Source: Bellilinea caldifistulae
Lineage (GTDB): Bacteria; Chloroflexota; Anaerolineae; Anaerolineales; Anaerolineaceae
Length of the DNA: 32,000 nucleotides
Direction: 5' to 3'
Assembly: GCF_001306055.1 (NCBI RefSeq)
Contig: NZ_LGHJ01000020.1
Coordinates: 30,001-62,000, forward strand
In this document: piece after piece, positions 18,398-28,039 of the stretch
Layout: every line of letters starts with the position of its first letter
Numbering within the stretch: the stretch's first letter is position 1
The notes under the pieces: model-generated
Databases searched by the model: none
The model's input: the letters and a program-made list of their open reading frames with translations, nothing else
What the model was told of the DNA's origin: nothing
Program-made: the position numbers and the translations under genes

Positions 18398-20533
18398 ATG
18401 AACATGCAAAGAAAACCCCTCTTTACAATTCTCGGCCTCATCATGGTCATTTCCATGGTGCTGGCAGCCTGCAGTACACCGGCAACACCGACCACTGAGG
18501 TCCAGCCGACTCAGCCGCCACAAACCGGACAACAACCCACTCAACCCCCTGTTGAATCGAAAGGCCCTCCGTTCACGATTGGGATTTCGAATCCGTTCAT
18601 CAGCAGTGAGTATCGGACGCAGATGATTGCGGAGTTGATTGAAGTCAACAAAGAGTATATGGACAAAGGGCTGACGACGGAATTGGTGATCGAGAGTGCG
18701 GACACGGACGTAGCCGGTCAGATTCAGCAGTTGCAGAATCTGATGGCGAAGGGTGTGGATGCGATTCTGGTCAATCCGAGTGATGTCAATGGTCTGAATG
18801 CGACGCTGCAAGAAGCGGTGAGCAAGGGGATCATTGTGATCTCGGTGGATCAGGAGTTGAATGTACCGGGCGTGTACAACGTGGGGATTGATCAGAAGGA
18901 ATGGGCGAAGACGAGTGCCAAGTGGCTGGCCGAGAAATTGGGCGGCAAGGGCAACATCGTGCTGATCGAAGGTTTTCCCGGTCATCCGGCGAATGTAGCG
19001 CGGATGGAAGGGGTAGACGAGGTGCTGTCGCAATACCCGGACATCAAAGTGCTGGCGAAGGACACGGGGAAATGGGATGAAGCGACCGGGCAGCAGGTGA
19101 TGTCGAACTTCCTGGCGGCGTATCCGAATCTGGATGGGTACTGGACGCAGGACGGTATGGCGATTGGGGCCTTGCAGGCGGTGATAGCGGCCAACCCGGC
19201 GAAGTTCCCGGTGGGTGTTGGTGAAGGTCGCTGCCAGTTCCTGAAGTTGTGGGAAGAGGTGTTGAAGGATCGCCCGGACTTTGAGACGATTGCGGTGGCC
19301 AATCCGCCGGGTGTTTCACCGACCGGGTTGCGGATTGCGGTGAACATGCTGCTGGGCAAGCAGGTGGACAAGAGCAAGCTGGGCGGAGCGAATGGTTTGT
19401 CATTCGTCATTCCGGTGCCGATTGTGATCACCAAGGACAACCTGCAACAGGGATTGGACATCTGCAAGGACAAACCGGATGCCTACCTGCTGGACGGCAT
19501 CATGACCGATCAGGAAGTTCTGGATACCTTCTTCGTCAAGGAACAGGCCGCCACCCGCAAATTCACGATTGGGATTTCGAATCCGTTCATCAGCAGTGAG
19601 TATCGGACGCAGATGATTGCGGAGTTGATTGAAGTCAACAAAGAGTACATGGACAAAGGGCTGACGACGGAATTGGTGATCGAGAGTGCGGACACGGACG
19701 TAGCCGGTCAGATTCAGCAGTTGCAGAATCTGATGGCGAAGGGCGTGGATGCGATTCTGGTCAATCCGAGTGATGTCAATGGTCTGAACGCGACGCTGCA
19801 AGAAGCGGTGAGCAAGGGGATCATTGTGATCTCGGTGGATCAGGAGTTGAATGTACCGGGCGTGTACAACGTGGGGATTGATCAGAAGGAATGGGCGAAG
19901 ACGAGTGCCAAGTGGCTGGCCGAGAAATTGGGCGGCAAGGGCAACATCGTGCTGATCGAAGGTTTTCCCGGTCATCCGGCGAATGTAGCGCGGATGGAAG
20001 GGGTAGACGAGGTGCTGTCGCAATACCCGGACATCAAAGTGCTGGCGAAGGACACGGGGAAATGGGATGAAGCGACCGGGCAGCAGGTGATGTCGAACTT
20101 CCTGGCGGCGTATCCGAATCTGGATGGGTACTGGACGCAGGACGGTATGGCGATTGGGGCCTTGCAGGCGGTGATAGCGGCCAACCCGGCGAAGTTCCCG
20201 GTGGGTGTTGGTGAAGGTCGCTGCCAGTTCCTGAAGTTGTGGGAAGAGGTGTTGAAGGATCGCCCGGACTTTGAGACGATTGCGGTGGCCAATCCGCCGG
20301 GTGTTTCACCGACCGGGTTGCGGATTGCGGTGAACATGCTGCTGGGCAAGCAGGTGGACAAGAGCAAGCTGGGCGGAGCGAATGGTTTGTCATTCGTCAT
20401 TCCGGTGCCGATTGTGATCACCAAGGACAACCTGCAACAGGGATTGGACATCTGCAAGGACAAACCGGATGCCTACCTGCTGGACGGCATCATGACCGAT
20501 CAGGAAGTTCTGGATACCTTCTTCTTGAAATAA
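18398..20533 (+). CDS. Lipoprotein ABC-transporter sugar-binding protein (type I PBP, RbsB-like) containing two tandem, nearly identical complete binding domains
   Basis: Signal peptide with the lipobox LAAC, then a Pro/Thr/Gln-rich tether. A 320-aa PBP domain starting FTIGISNPFISSEY follows and is repeated after the 9-aa linker VKEQAATRK. The true start may be the second ATG at 18404, which has better spacing to AAGGAG. Confidence 0.85.
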   Translation: MNMQRKPLFTILGLIMVISMVLAACSTPATPTTEVQPTQPPQTGQQPTQPPVESKGPPFTIGISNPFISSEYRTQMIAELIEVNKEYMDKGLTTELVIESADTDVAGQIQQLQNLMAKGVDAILVNPSDVNGLNATLQEAVSKGIIVISVDQELNVPGVYNVGIDQKEWAKTSAKWLAEKLGGKGNIVLIEGFPGHPANVARMEGVDEVLSQYPDIKVLAKDTGKWDEATGQQVMSNFLAAYPNLDGYWTQDGMAIGALQAVIAANPAKFPVGVGEGRCQFLKLWEEVLKDRPDFETIAVANPPGVSPTGLRIAVNMLLGKQVDKSKLGGANGLSFVIPVPIVITKDNLQQGLDICKDKPDAYLLDGIMTDQEVLDTFFVKEQAATRKFTIGISNPFISSEYRTQMIAELIEVNKEYMDKGLTTELVIESADTDVAGQIQQLQNLMAKGVDAILVNPSDVNGLNATLQEAVSKGIIVISVDQELNVPGVYNVGIDQKEWAKTSAKWLAEKLGGKGNIVLIEGFPGHPANVARMEGVDEVLSQYPDIKVLAKDTGKWDEATGQQVMSNFLAAYPNLDGYWTQDGMAIGALQAVIAANPAKFPVGVGEGRCQFLKLWEEVLKDRPDFETIAVANPPGVSPTGLRIAVNMLLGKQVDKSKLGGANGLSFVIPVPIVITKDNLQQGLDICKDKPDAYLLDGIMTDQEVLDTFFLK
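18572..19533 (+). repeat. Tandem duplication, copy 1 (962 bp)
   Basis: By direct line-by-line comparison it is identical to 19562-20523 except at 18658, 18744 and 18799 (T here, C in copy 2). Confidence 0.95.
19562..20523 (+). repeat. Tandem duplication, copy 2 (962 bp; offset 990 bp = 330 codons, in frame)
   Basis: 959 of 962 positions are identical to copy 1. A unique 28-bp junction (19534-19561) separates the two copies. Confidence 0.95.
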
Positions 20534-20537
20534 CTCT

Positions 20538-22058
20538 ATGAGTGTGTCGCTTTCTGCCCGCAATATTGTAAAGCGTTATGGGGGTGTCGTTGCGCTATCG
20601 GACGGGAACCTGGATGTGAAATCCGGGGAAGTGGTCGCATTGATTGGGGCAAATGGAAGCGGCAAAAGCACGATGAGTAAGGTCATCAACGGAGTAGTTG
20701 TCCTCGATGGAGGGCAACTACTCCTCGATGATAAACCCGTGCGCTTCTCTTCCCCGCAGGCGGCTCGAAAGATGGGTATTGCTACCGTCTTTCAAGAACT
20801 CAGCCTGGTAGCCAAAATGACTGTAGCGGATAATATCTGGTTGACGCGTGAACCGCTGAAGCCCAACGGGATGATTGACCGCAAAGTAATGCGGGAGCAG
20901 ACAGAGGCCCTGCTGGATTTGTTCAGCGGAACTTTCAAGGCCGATTTAAGGCCCGAAACGATCGTCTCCGATTTACACCCGGACGAAAAACAAATTGTAG
21001 AAATCCTAAAAGCCATCAGCCTTAATCCGCGCATTTTGATTCTGGATGAAGCGACGGCGAGCCTTGACAGCCGTCAGGTGGAGCGTTTGTTTGAACTGGT
21101 GAGACGGTGGAAAGAAGAAGGCAAAGCGATTGTCTTCGTTTCTCACCGCATGGAGGAAATTTTCCGCATAGCAGACCGTTATAGTGTCTTGCGGAATGGG
21201 AAAACGGTTGGGCAGGGGGATATCAAAGAGATCACGGAGAAAGATTTAATCCAACTGATGACCGAGAAAGAAAAGGTCTTTCAGTTCACCAAAGCAATTG
21301 CTTCTGAAGAAACAAGCGGTCTGGATCAACAAGTCTATCTGGAAGTAGAAAATTTGACCACCGAAACGCTGCGGGGAATCAGCCTGAAGGTGAAGCAGGG
21401 AGAATTGTTGGGAATTGGCGGTTTACAGGGGCAAGGACAGCGAGACTTGCTGCTGGCGTTGTTTGGGGACATACCTTACCATGGCACGGTTCGGATCAAA
21501 GGGGAAGTGGTGCGGTTCAAACACCCCCGGCAGGCGATGGATAAAAAATTGGCGCTTGTACCGGGGGATCGGGCTAGGGAAGGATTGCTCTATATTCGTT
21601 CGATCCTGGAGAACTTTTTGCTGCCTTCATGGCGGAAATACGGATTCCCGCTCAAGATGAAACTGGCGAAACGGGATGCAATGGCAATCAGTGAAAGGCT
21701 CAGTCTGGTCATGTCTGGCTTGATGGCACCGGTTAGCAGCCTTTCAGGCGGCAATGCTCAGAAGGTGGTCATTGGGAAATGGCTTTTGCGTGATCCGGAT
21801 TGTTATTTACTGGATGACCCGACCAAGGGGGTGGATGTGAACACCAAAGCCGAGTTTTATGCTTTGCTGACGGATCTTTCCAGGCAAGGGAAATCCATTT
21901 TGTTTTACAGCAGTGATGATGATGAATTAATCGGACTGTGTGACCGGGTAATTGTGCTTCATGATGGAAAAATTCGCGCTGAACTCAAAGGCGCTTCTTT
22001 GACCAAGGAAAATCTGATTGCTGCCAGCATGGGTGTTTCCAACGGAGGTGAGGCATGA
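20538..22058 (+). CDS. Sugar ABC transporter ATP-binding protein (CUT2/RbsA-type, two fused NBDs)
   Basis: First NBD: Walker A GANGSGKST, a signature-like region and Walker B ILILDEATASLD. Second NBD: the signature LSGGNAQKV and a degenerate P-loop, as is typical of RbsA/MglA-type proteins. Confidence 0.92.
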   Translation: MSVSLSARNIVKRYGGVVALSDGNLDVKSGEVVALIGANGSGKSTMSKVINGVVVLDGGQLLLDDKPVRFSSPQAARKMGIATVFQELSLVAKMTVADNIWLTREPLKPNGMIDRKVMREQTEALLDLFSGTFKADLRPETIVSDLHPDEKQIVEILKAISLNPRILILDEATASLDSRQVERLFELVRRWKEEGKAIVFVSHRMEEIFRIADRYSVLRNGKTVGQGDIKEITEKDLIQLMTEKEKVFQFTKAIASEETSGLDQQVYLEVENLTTETLRGISLKVKQGELLGIGGLQGQGQRDLLLALFGDIPYHGTVRIKGEVVRFKHPRQAMDKKLALVPGDRAREGLLYIRSILENFLLPSWRKYGFPLKMKLAKRDAMAISERLSLVMSGLMAPVSSLSGGNAQKVVIGKWLLRDPDCYLLDDPTKGVDVNTKAEFYALLTDLSRQGKSILFYSSDDDELIGLCDRVIVLHDGKIRAELKGASLTKENLIAASMGVSNGGEA

Positions 22059-23023
22059 AACGGTTTTCCTGGGATGAATTGATGAACCGCTACCCCGCCT
22101 TGTTTGCCATCCTCTTGCTGGTTGTAGCGCTGATCATCAACTTTATTTTGCAGCCCAACATGTTTGCCCGGGATACCTTAAATAGCAACATGCGGGTTTT
22201 CCTGCCGATGATTTTACTGGCTGCCGGGCAGGCAATTGTCATTTTGGGCGGCGGGATTGATATTTCGGTTGGCGGTATCGTTTCAATTGTCAATACCATT
22301 CTGGCAACTCAGGTGGGCTTGAACGGCTCGCCGGAAAAAATGTGGACGTATGTTTTTGTGTCGCTGGGCGCGGGCATTCTGGCAGGGGCAATCAACGGTT
22401 TCTTCATTGCCTTCCTGCGCTTGCAGCCGATTATCACCACCTATGCAACCAGTTTCCTGTATGTTGGTTTTGCTTTGTTTATTCTGCCCAATCCCGGCGG
22501 CGGTATTCCGGCTGCAATTGCCAATGTGTATCGGAACACAACCCCGTTGGGTTTACCGCTGGCTTTTTATGTAATTGCGGTTGTTTTGTTGATCTGGATG
22601 TATGTCCGCTCAACGCGGTTTGGAAATTACCTGTATGCGGTTGGCGGCAATGCTGAAGCGGCTTATGAAACGGCTGTACCGGTGACGTGGGTACTTTTCA
22701 GTACTTATGTTGTCTCCGGCTTTATGGCAGCCCTGGCAGGTATTGCCATAACAATGTTGAGCGGTTCCGGGAACGCCGAAATTGGTGTCCCGATGACGTT
22801 GACATCCATAACCGCGGTTGTAATCGGGGGGACGGCTCTGAGCGGTGGTGTTGGCGGGGTGGCAGGGCCGGTGGTTGGTGCGATTACATTGGGTATTATT
22901 CAAAACATTATTTCCTTTTCGCGGATTGATACCTGGTGGGAAACTTTTGTGAAAGCGACGATCATTGTGGTGGCACTGGCAGCCCCCGGTATTATCAATC
23001 TGCTGCGGAGGAAAAAAGTATGA
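22055..23023 (+). CDS. Sugar ABC transporter permease (RbsC/BPD_transp_2 family)
   Basis: Polytopic membrane protein with the GGIDLSVG-like motif (GGGIDISVGG). Its ATG overlaps the ATPase stop codon (ATGA). Confidence 0.9.
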   Translation: MKRFSWDELMNRYPALFAILLLVVALIINFILQPNMFARDTLNSNMRVFLPMILLAAGQAIVILGGGIDISVGGIVSIVNTILATQVGLNGSPEKMWTYVFVSLGAGILAGAINGFFIAFLRLQPIITTYATSFLYVGFALFILPNPGGGIPAAIANVYRNTTPLGLPLAFYVIAVVLLIWMYVRSTRFGNYLYAVGGNAEAAYETAVPVTWVLFSTYVVSGFMAALAGIAITMLSGSGNAEIGVPMTLTSITAVVIGGTALSGGVGGVAGPVVGAITLGIIQNIISFSRIDTWWETFVKATIIVVALAAPGIINLLRRKKV

Positions 23024-23988
23024 GAAGGTTTAGTATTTCGCCTCCTGTTGCGGCAATTTTGCTTGCAATTGTCCTTTTCCTGCTTTCGGGGTTTTTACCG
23101 AATGGATTTGGCAACGATATTAATGTGGCGATTGCTCAGGCCACCAATATTGTGCGGTTGGCGGTGTTTTTAGGAGTGATTGCCGCCGGTCAAACCCTGG
23201 TGATCATTAGCGGTTTTGAAGGAATTGATCTTTCGGCTGGTTCGGTAGTGACGTTAACGGCGATCCTGACCTATGTGACGGTGAAAGGGGAAGATGATAA
23301 AGTCCTGCTGGCACTGTTGATTTCACTGTCGGTCGGTGCGCTGATTGGCTTCATCAATGGTTTAGGAATCACCTTTCTAAAAATCTCTCCGTTTGTAATG
23401 ACGTTGGGGATGTCGGGTGTTGTGACTGGCCTGATCATCATCATCAATCATGGCAATGTCAGCGGAAAAGTAGCCCCCATTATGACCCGGCTGATCGCTC
23501 GTCCCCTCTCACCTGATATACCGATTCCGAATGCGATCATCATCTGGATTATTTTTGGGTTCCTGATGTGGCTGCTTTTGGAAAGATCAACCTTCGGCAA
23601 ACATCTTTTTGCAATCGGCGTCAACCGTGTGACGGCGAAACTTTCAGGGGTTAATGTTACAGCCACAAATCTGGCGGTCTACTCACTGGCGAGTGCGCTG
23701 GCCGGGTTTGGCGGTTTTCTGGTGGTGGGTAACACGGGTGTAGTCTTTATTGCGCTGGGACAGCCGTTCCTGTTTCCGTCTATTGCAGCAGTTGCAGTGG
23801 GTGGTACTTTACTATCGGGTGGTAAGGGTAGTTATTGGGGGACGATGGCGGGTGCCATTGTGCTGACTTTGATCACCAGCCTTTTAACCACCATGCAAAT
23901 GCCCGATTCAGTGCGCAGAATGGTATTGGGTGCAACGCTGCTGGTAATGATTTCAATCTACGGCCGGCAGCGCGGATTCAGACAATAA
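23020..23988 (+). CDS. Sugar ABC transporter permease (second RbsC-like subunit)
   Basis: Polytopic membrane protein with the motif GFEGIDLSAGS. I prefer the ATG at 23020, which overlaps the upstream stop (ATGA), over the listed start at 22936 that would overlap the previous gene by 88 nt. Confidence 0.88.
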   Translation: MRRFSISPPVAAILLAIVLFLLSGFLPNGFGNDINVAIAQATNIVRLAVFLGVIAAGQTLVIISGFEGIDLSAGSVVTLTAILTYVTVKGEDDKVLLALLISLSVGALIGFINGLGITFLKISPFVMTLGMSGVVTGLIIIINHGNVSGKVAPIMTRLIARPLSPDIPIPNAIIIWIIFGFLMWLLLERSTFGKHLFAIGVNRVTAKLSGVNVTATNLAVYSLASALAGFGGFLVVGNTGVVFIALGQPFLFPSIAAVAVGGTLLSGGKGSYWGTMAGAIVLTLITSLLTTMQMPDSVRRMVLGATLLVMISIYGRQRGFRQ

Positions 23989-24013
23989 AAATCATCATTT
24001 CAGGAGGCAGGCC

Positions 24014-25096
24014 ATGACTAAAACAGTAAAAGTTGGCATGATTGGAGCCGGTTTCGTCAGTGACATCCACGCCCATGCTTTTAAGCACTATGTTCACAAT
24101 GCCGAGGTTGTGGCTGTGGCATCACCCAACCGGGCAGGGGAATTTGCCAAAACTCATGGCATCCCCCACGCTTTTCATGACTACCGTGAAATGTTGAAAA
24201 TGAAAGAAATTGACGTGGTCACGGTAGCCATACCGAACTACCTTCATTGTCAGGCGACCCTCGACGCCGCAGCAGCGGGGAAGCACATCATTTGTGAAAA
24301 ACCGCTTTGCAAGACATTGGAAGAGGCCGATCAAATGATCGAAGCCACCAAGAAAGCAGGAGTCTTGCTGATGTATGCCGAGGAATTGTGCTTTGCGCCG
24401 AAATATGTGCGTGCCAAGCAATTGATAGAGGAAGGTGCCTTGGGCGAGCCGTTTCTTGTCAAGCAATCCGAAGAGCATGATGGCCCGCACATGCCTTGGT
24501 TCTGGGATGTGAACCTTTCCGGTGGCGGTGTGCTGCTGGATATGGGATGCCACTCGGTTGAATATGGGCGCTGGGTGTTTGGCAAACCGAAAGTCAAAAG
24601 CGTAACGGCATATTGTAATACTTTTGTGCATCGCGAACGGACCAAAGGTGAAGATCACTCGATTATGGTGATCGAGTATGAAGGCAACAAAATCAACATT
24701 GCCGAAAATTCGTGGGCGAAAGGCGGCGGGGTGGATGACCGCTGTGAGATTTATGGCACAAAGGGCAACACACGCGCCGATTTACTTAAAGGCAGCTCCT
24801 TGTGGACATACAGTCAGGAAGGGTATGGCTACGCCGTAGAGAAAGCCGGCACGACCCGCGGCTGGACGTTTACCATGTTCGAGGAAGTTTGGAATTACGG
24901 CTTCCCGCAGGAAATGCAGCACTTTGTGAATTGTGTGCTGGGAAAAGAAGAGCCAATCGAAACGGGCGAGGACGGTCGCGAAGTGCTGAAGATTTTGTAT
25001 GCTGCTTATCAATCTGCGGGCGAGGGCCGGCGGATTGAGTTTCCGTACAATCCGCCGCAGGTCGAAAAACCAATTGATTTGTGGCGAAAACTCTAA
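24014..25096 (+). CDS. Gfo/Idh/MocA-family oxidoreductase (paralogue 2)
   Basis: Rossmann N-terminus VGMIGAGFVSDIHA, an EKP motif (CEKPLC), and a C-terminal dimerisation domain. It shares the GPHxxWFWD....GGGxxxDMGCH block with paralogue 1. Confidence 0.88.
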   Translation: MTKTVKVGMIGAGFVSDIHAHAFKHYVHNAEVVAVASPNRAGEFAKTHGIPHAFHDYREMLKMKEIDVVTVAIPNYLHCQATLDAAAAGKHIICEKPLCKTLEEADQMIEATKKAGVLLMYAEELCFAPKYVRAKQLIEEGALGEPFLVKQSEEHDGPHMPWFWDVNLSGGGVLLDMGCHSVEYGRWVFGKPKVKSVTAYCNTFVHRERTKGEDHSIMVIEYEGNKINIAENSWAKGGGVDDRCEIYGTKGNTRADLLKGSSLWTYSQEGYGYAVEKAGTTRGWTFTMFEEVWNYGFPQEMQHFVNCVLGKEEPIETGEDGREVLKILYAAYQSAGEGRRIEFPYNPPQVEKPIDLWRKL

Positions 25097-25114
25097 TTCT
25101 TTACTGGAGGTATC

Positions 25115-25858
25115 ATGACAGCTATCAATGTGAAAACAATCACTTATGAACAATTGGCCAAGGTGATTGACCATTCGCTGTTGCGCCCGGAGCTGACTTC
25201 TCAGGAGGTTATCGAAGGATGTCAACTGGCGGCGCGTTATCATGTGGCAACGGTGTGCGTAAAGCCCTGTCATGTGCGCCTGGCGGCCGAGCAATTGAAA
25301 GACTCGGATGTGCTGGTCAGCACGGTGGTGGGCTTTCCGCATGGCAGCAGCGTGACCGAAATCAAGGTTGCTGAAGCCCAACGCGCTATGGATGACGGGG
25401 CAGTTGAGCTCGACATGGTGCTCAACATCGGCGAGCTCCGCTCGGGCAACGATGAATACGTTTATCAGGATATAAAAGCTGTGTGCGATGCTGCCCATGC
25501 CCGAGGCGTAAAGGTGAAGGTGATTCTGGAGAATGCTTACCTGACCGATGAGGAAAAAGTGCGCGCCTGCCAGCTGGCGGAAAAAGCCGGGGCCGACTGG
25601 GTAAAGACCTCTACCGGTTTTGCTCCCGGCGGGGCAATCCTGGATGACCTGCGTTTAATGCGCCGCTCGGTCAGCGAAAAAGTGCAAATTAAGGCGGCTG
25701 GCGGTGTGCGGACGCTGGATGCACTGCTGGCGGTAATTGAAGCGGGTGTGACCCGTTGTGGTGCTACCGCGACTGCCAAAATTTTGGACGACTTCAAAGC
25801 GCGTCAGGCCGGTGAACAGACCTCCACGGGTGAGGTAAAAATCGGTGGCGAATATTAG
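25115..25858 (+). CDS. deoC: Deoxyribose-phosphate aldolase (DeoC family class I aldolase)
   Basis: [38 protein letters not shown], and VKTSTGF (Schiff-base Lys region). Confidence 0.85.
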   Translation: MTAINVKTITYEQLAKVIDHSLLRPELTSQEVIEGCQLAARYHVATVCVKPCHVRLAAEQLKDSDVLVSTVVGFPHGSSVTEIKVAEAQRAMDDGAVELDMVLNIGELRSGNDEYVYQDIKAVCDAAHARGVKVKVILENAYLTDEEKVRACQLAEKAGADWVKTSTGFAPGGAILDDLRLMRRSVSEKVQIKAAGGVRTLDALLAVIEAGVTRCGATATAKILDDFKARQAGEQTSTGEVKIGGEY

Positions 25859-25875
25859 GAGAGGGGAGGGATAGT

Positions 25876-27036
25876 ATGACAAAATTGAGCAAATCAACCA
25901 TCGGGGTGGGAGTTGCCGGCACCGGTTTCATTGGACCTGCCCATGTTGAAGCCTTACGCCGCAATGGAATTACCGTGCTGGGACTGGCGGAAAATACCCG
26001 CGAAAAAGCCGAACAAAAGGCAGCCGAGATGGGCATTCCGCGCATTTACGGCTCGCTGGATGAGATGCTGAAGGACGATGACATTCAAGTTGTTCATCTG
26101 GCGACACCTAATTATCTCCATTACCCCCACGCCAAAGCGGCGTTATTGGCCGGTAAACATGTAGTTTGCGAAAAACCGCTTGCCATGAATACCCGCGAAT
26201 CGGCGGAACTGGTGCAACTGGCGAAGGAAACTGGCAAAGTCAATGTAGTCAATTTCAATATCCGTATGTATCCGCTGGTACAACAGGCACGCAGCATGGT
26301 GCAGAGCGGTGAATTGGGTGATTTATTCATCCTGCAAGGCTCTTATCTGCAAGATTGGCTATTGTTCCCGACGGATTGGAACTGGCGGTTGGAGCCGGAA
26401 CTGGGCGGTAGCCTGCGGGCGGTGGGTGACATTGGTTCACACTGGCTGGATTTGATCACTTTTATCACTGGATTGCGCGTAGTCGAGGTTTTTGCCGATT
26501 TCAAAACAATGCACCCCGTCCGCAAAAAACCGGCCAGGCCAGTGGAAACATACACGGGTAAGATTTTACAGCCGGAGGATTATGTTGACCAGCCCATTTT
26601 CACTGAGGATTATGCGACGGTTCTACTGCATTTTGAGAATGATGTACGCGGGGTGTTGACGGTCGGGCAGGTCTGTTCGGGACGTAAAAACCGCCTGTTC
26701 TTTGAGATCAACGCTTCGAAATCCTCGCTGGCGTGGGACTCGGAAAGGCCGAACGAATTGTGGGTGGGCCATCGTACTCAACCCAATCAAATCATCATGA
26801 AAGATCCGGCCTTGCTTTCACCTGAGGCACGGGCGGTTACGTCCTATCCCGGGGGACATAACGAGGGCTTCCCGGATACCTTCAAGCAACTTTACAACAA
26901 GGTGTATAACTACATCCTTGCCGGAGATTACAACAAACCACCCGATTTCCCCACCTTTGCGGATGGTCACTACGAGATGCAATTGTGTGAAGCCATCGAA
27001 CGCAGCGCAAAAGAAAAAGTTTGGATCAAAGTTTAA
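25876..27036 (+). CDS. Gfo/Idh/MocA-family oxidoreductase (paralogue 3)
   Basis: Rossmann N-terminus [14 protein letters not shown], an EKP motif (CEKPLA), and a longer, divergent C-terminal domain. Confidence 0.88.
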   Translation: MTKLSKSTIGVGVAGTGFIGPAHVEALRRNGITVLGLAENTREKAEQKAAEMGIPRIYGSLDEMLKDDDIQVVHLATPNYLHYPHAKAALLAGKHVVCEKPLAMNTRESAELVQLAKETGKVNVVNFNIRMYPLVQQARSMVQSGELGDLFILQGSYLQDWLLFPTDWNWRLEPELGGSLRAVGDIGSHWLDLITFITGLRVVEVFADFKTMHPVRKKPARPVETYTGKILQPEDYVDQPIFTEDYATVLLHFENDVRGVLTVGQVCSGRKNRLFFEINASKSSLAWDSERPNELWVGHRTQPNQIIMKDPALLSPEARAVTSYPGGHNEGFPDTFKQLYNKVYNYILAGDYNKPPDFPTFADGHYEMQLCEAIERSAKEKVWIKV

Positions 27037-27054
27037 TCACATACGGAGGGAGCA

Positions 27055-27969
27055 ATGAAACTTGGATTTTTTACGGCCGCATTACCGGGGAGCACCCTGG
27101 AGGAAGTTGCCCGCTGGGGAGCAGAGAGCGGTTTTCAAGCCATCGAAATTGCTTGCTGGCCGCACGAGAAAGCCACGCGGCGCTATGCCGGTGTGACTCA
27201 CATTGATGTAGCCCAACTGGATCAACCCAGGGCTCGCGAGATCCGTAAAATGCTGGATGGGTACGGCTTGATGATCTCATCTTTGGGATATTATCCCAAT
27301 CCGCTCCATCCAGACCCGGAACATCGTGAGACGGTAATTGCCCACCTCAAAAAGGTGATTGACGCGGCGGCTTTGCTGGAGGTTGGTGTGGTGGGTACTT
27401 TCATTGGCAAAGACAAGAACAAGACTGTGCCGCAAAACCTTGAGGATTATGCCCGCATCTGGCCGCCGATTGTGCAATACGCCAAAGAGCGCGGGGTGAA
27501 AATTGCCATCGAGAACTGCCCGATGATTTTCTCTTACGACGAGTGGCCAGGCGGCAATAACCTGGCCAGCACACCGGCCATCTGGCGCAAAATGTGGGAG
27601 ATCATCCCGGAGGATAACTTTGGCTTGAATCTCGACCCCTCCCATCTGGTTTTGCAGATGATCGACTACGAACGTGTTGTGCGGGAATTTGCCAGTAAAA
27701 TCTTCCATGTCCATGCCAAAGACCTGCATATTGACCGCGAGGGGCTTTACAATCACGGTGTTCTGTCGCAAGGCATGGGCTGGCAAGTGCCGCGCTTGCC
27801 CGGCCTGGGTGATATGGACTGGGGCAAGTTCTTTGCAGCGCTGACGGCCGCCCGCTACGACTATGTGGTCAGTATTGAACATGAGGACCGGGCGTTTGAA
27901 GGATCGGAAGAACTGGTCAAGCGCGGTTTTTACCTTGCGCGGGATGTGTTGAAACCCTATATCCATTAG
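27055..27969 (+). CDS. Sugar phosphate isomerase/epimerase (xylose-isomerase-like TIM barrel, AP_endonuc_2 family)
   Basis: Typical pattern: GFQAIEI, IAIENCP, DPSHL, HAKD, SIEHED (metal ligands of the TIM-barrel family). Confidence 0.85.
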   Translation: MKLGFFTAALPGSTLEEVARWGAESGFQAIEIACWPHEKATRRYAGVTHIDVAQLDQPRAREIRKMLDGYGLMISSLGYYPNPLHPDPEHRETVIAHLKKVIDAAALLEVGVVGTFIGKDKNKTVPQNLEDYARIWPPIVQYAKERGVKIAIENCPMIFSYDEWPGGNNLASTPAIWRKMWEIIPEDNFGLNLDPSHLVLQMIDYERVVREFASKIFHVHAKDLHIDREGLYNHGVLSQGMGWQVPRLPGLGDMDWGKFFAALTAARYDYVVSIEHEDRAFEGSEELVKRGFYLARDVLKPYIH

Positions 27970-27980
27970 CCAGACCCGGA

Positions 27981-28022
27981 AACAGTCCTGTGCCTGGTGT
28001 TTTTACCGGGCACGGGACTGTT
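27981..28022 (+). terminator. Strong 18-bp stem-loop between the TIM-barrel gene and the glucokinase gene
   Basis: Left arm AACAGTCCTGTGCCTGGT (27981-27998), loop GTTTTT, right arm ACCGGGCACGGGACTGTT (28005-28022). There are two G-U pairs and the rest are Watson-Crick. No clear U-tract follows, so the terminator call is tentative. Confidence 0.4.
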
Positions 28023-28039
28023 ATGGATTATTATGACCT

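Noticed and set aside
18281-20463. Several long minus-strand ORFs antisense to the SBP gene: 18281-19033 (250 aa), 19400-20023 (207 aa), 18982-19473 and 19972-20463 (163 aa each), and 19044-19403 and 20034-20393 (119 aa each). Some occur as identical pairs.
   Set aside because: They are shadow ORFs of the strongly supported plus-strand SBP gene. The identical pairs simply reflect the 990-bp tandem duplication. Their translations are Arg/Pro/His-rich low-complexity sequences with no recognisable motifs.
22936-23019. The upstream start at 22936 for the second ABC permease
   Set aside because: It would overlap the first permease by 88 nt. The ATG at 23020 forms the common ATGA stop-start overlap, and the product begins right before the first TM helix.
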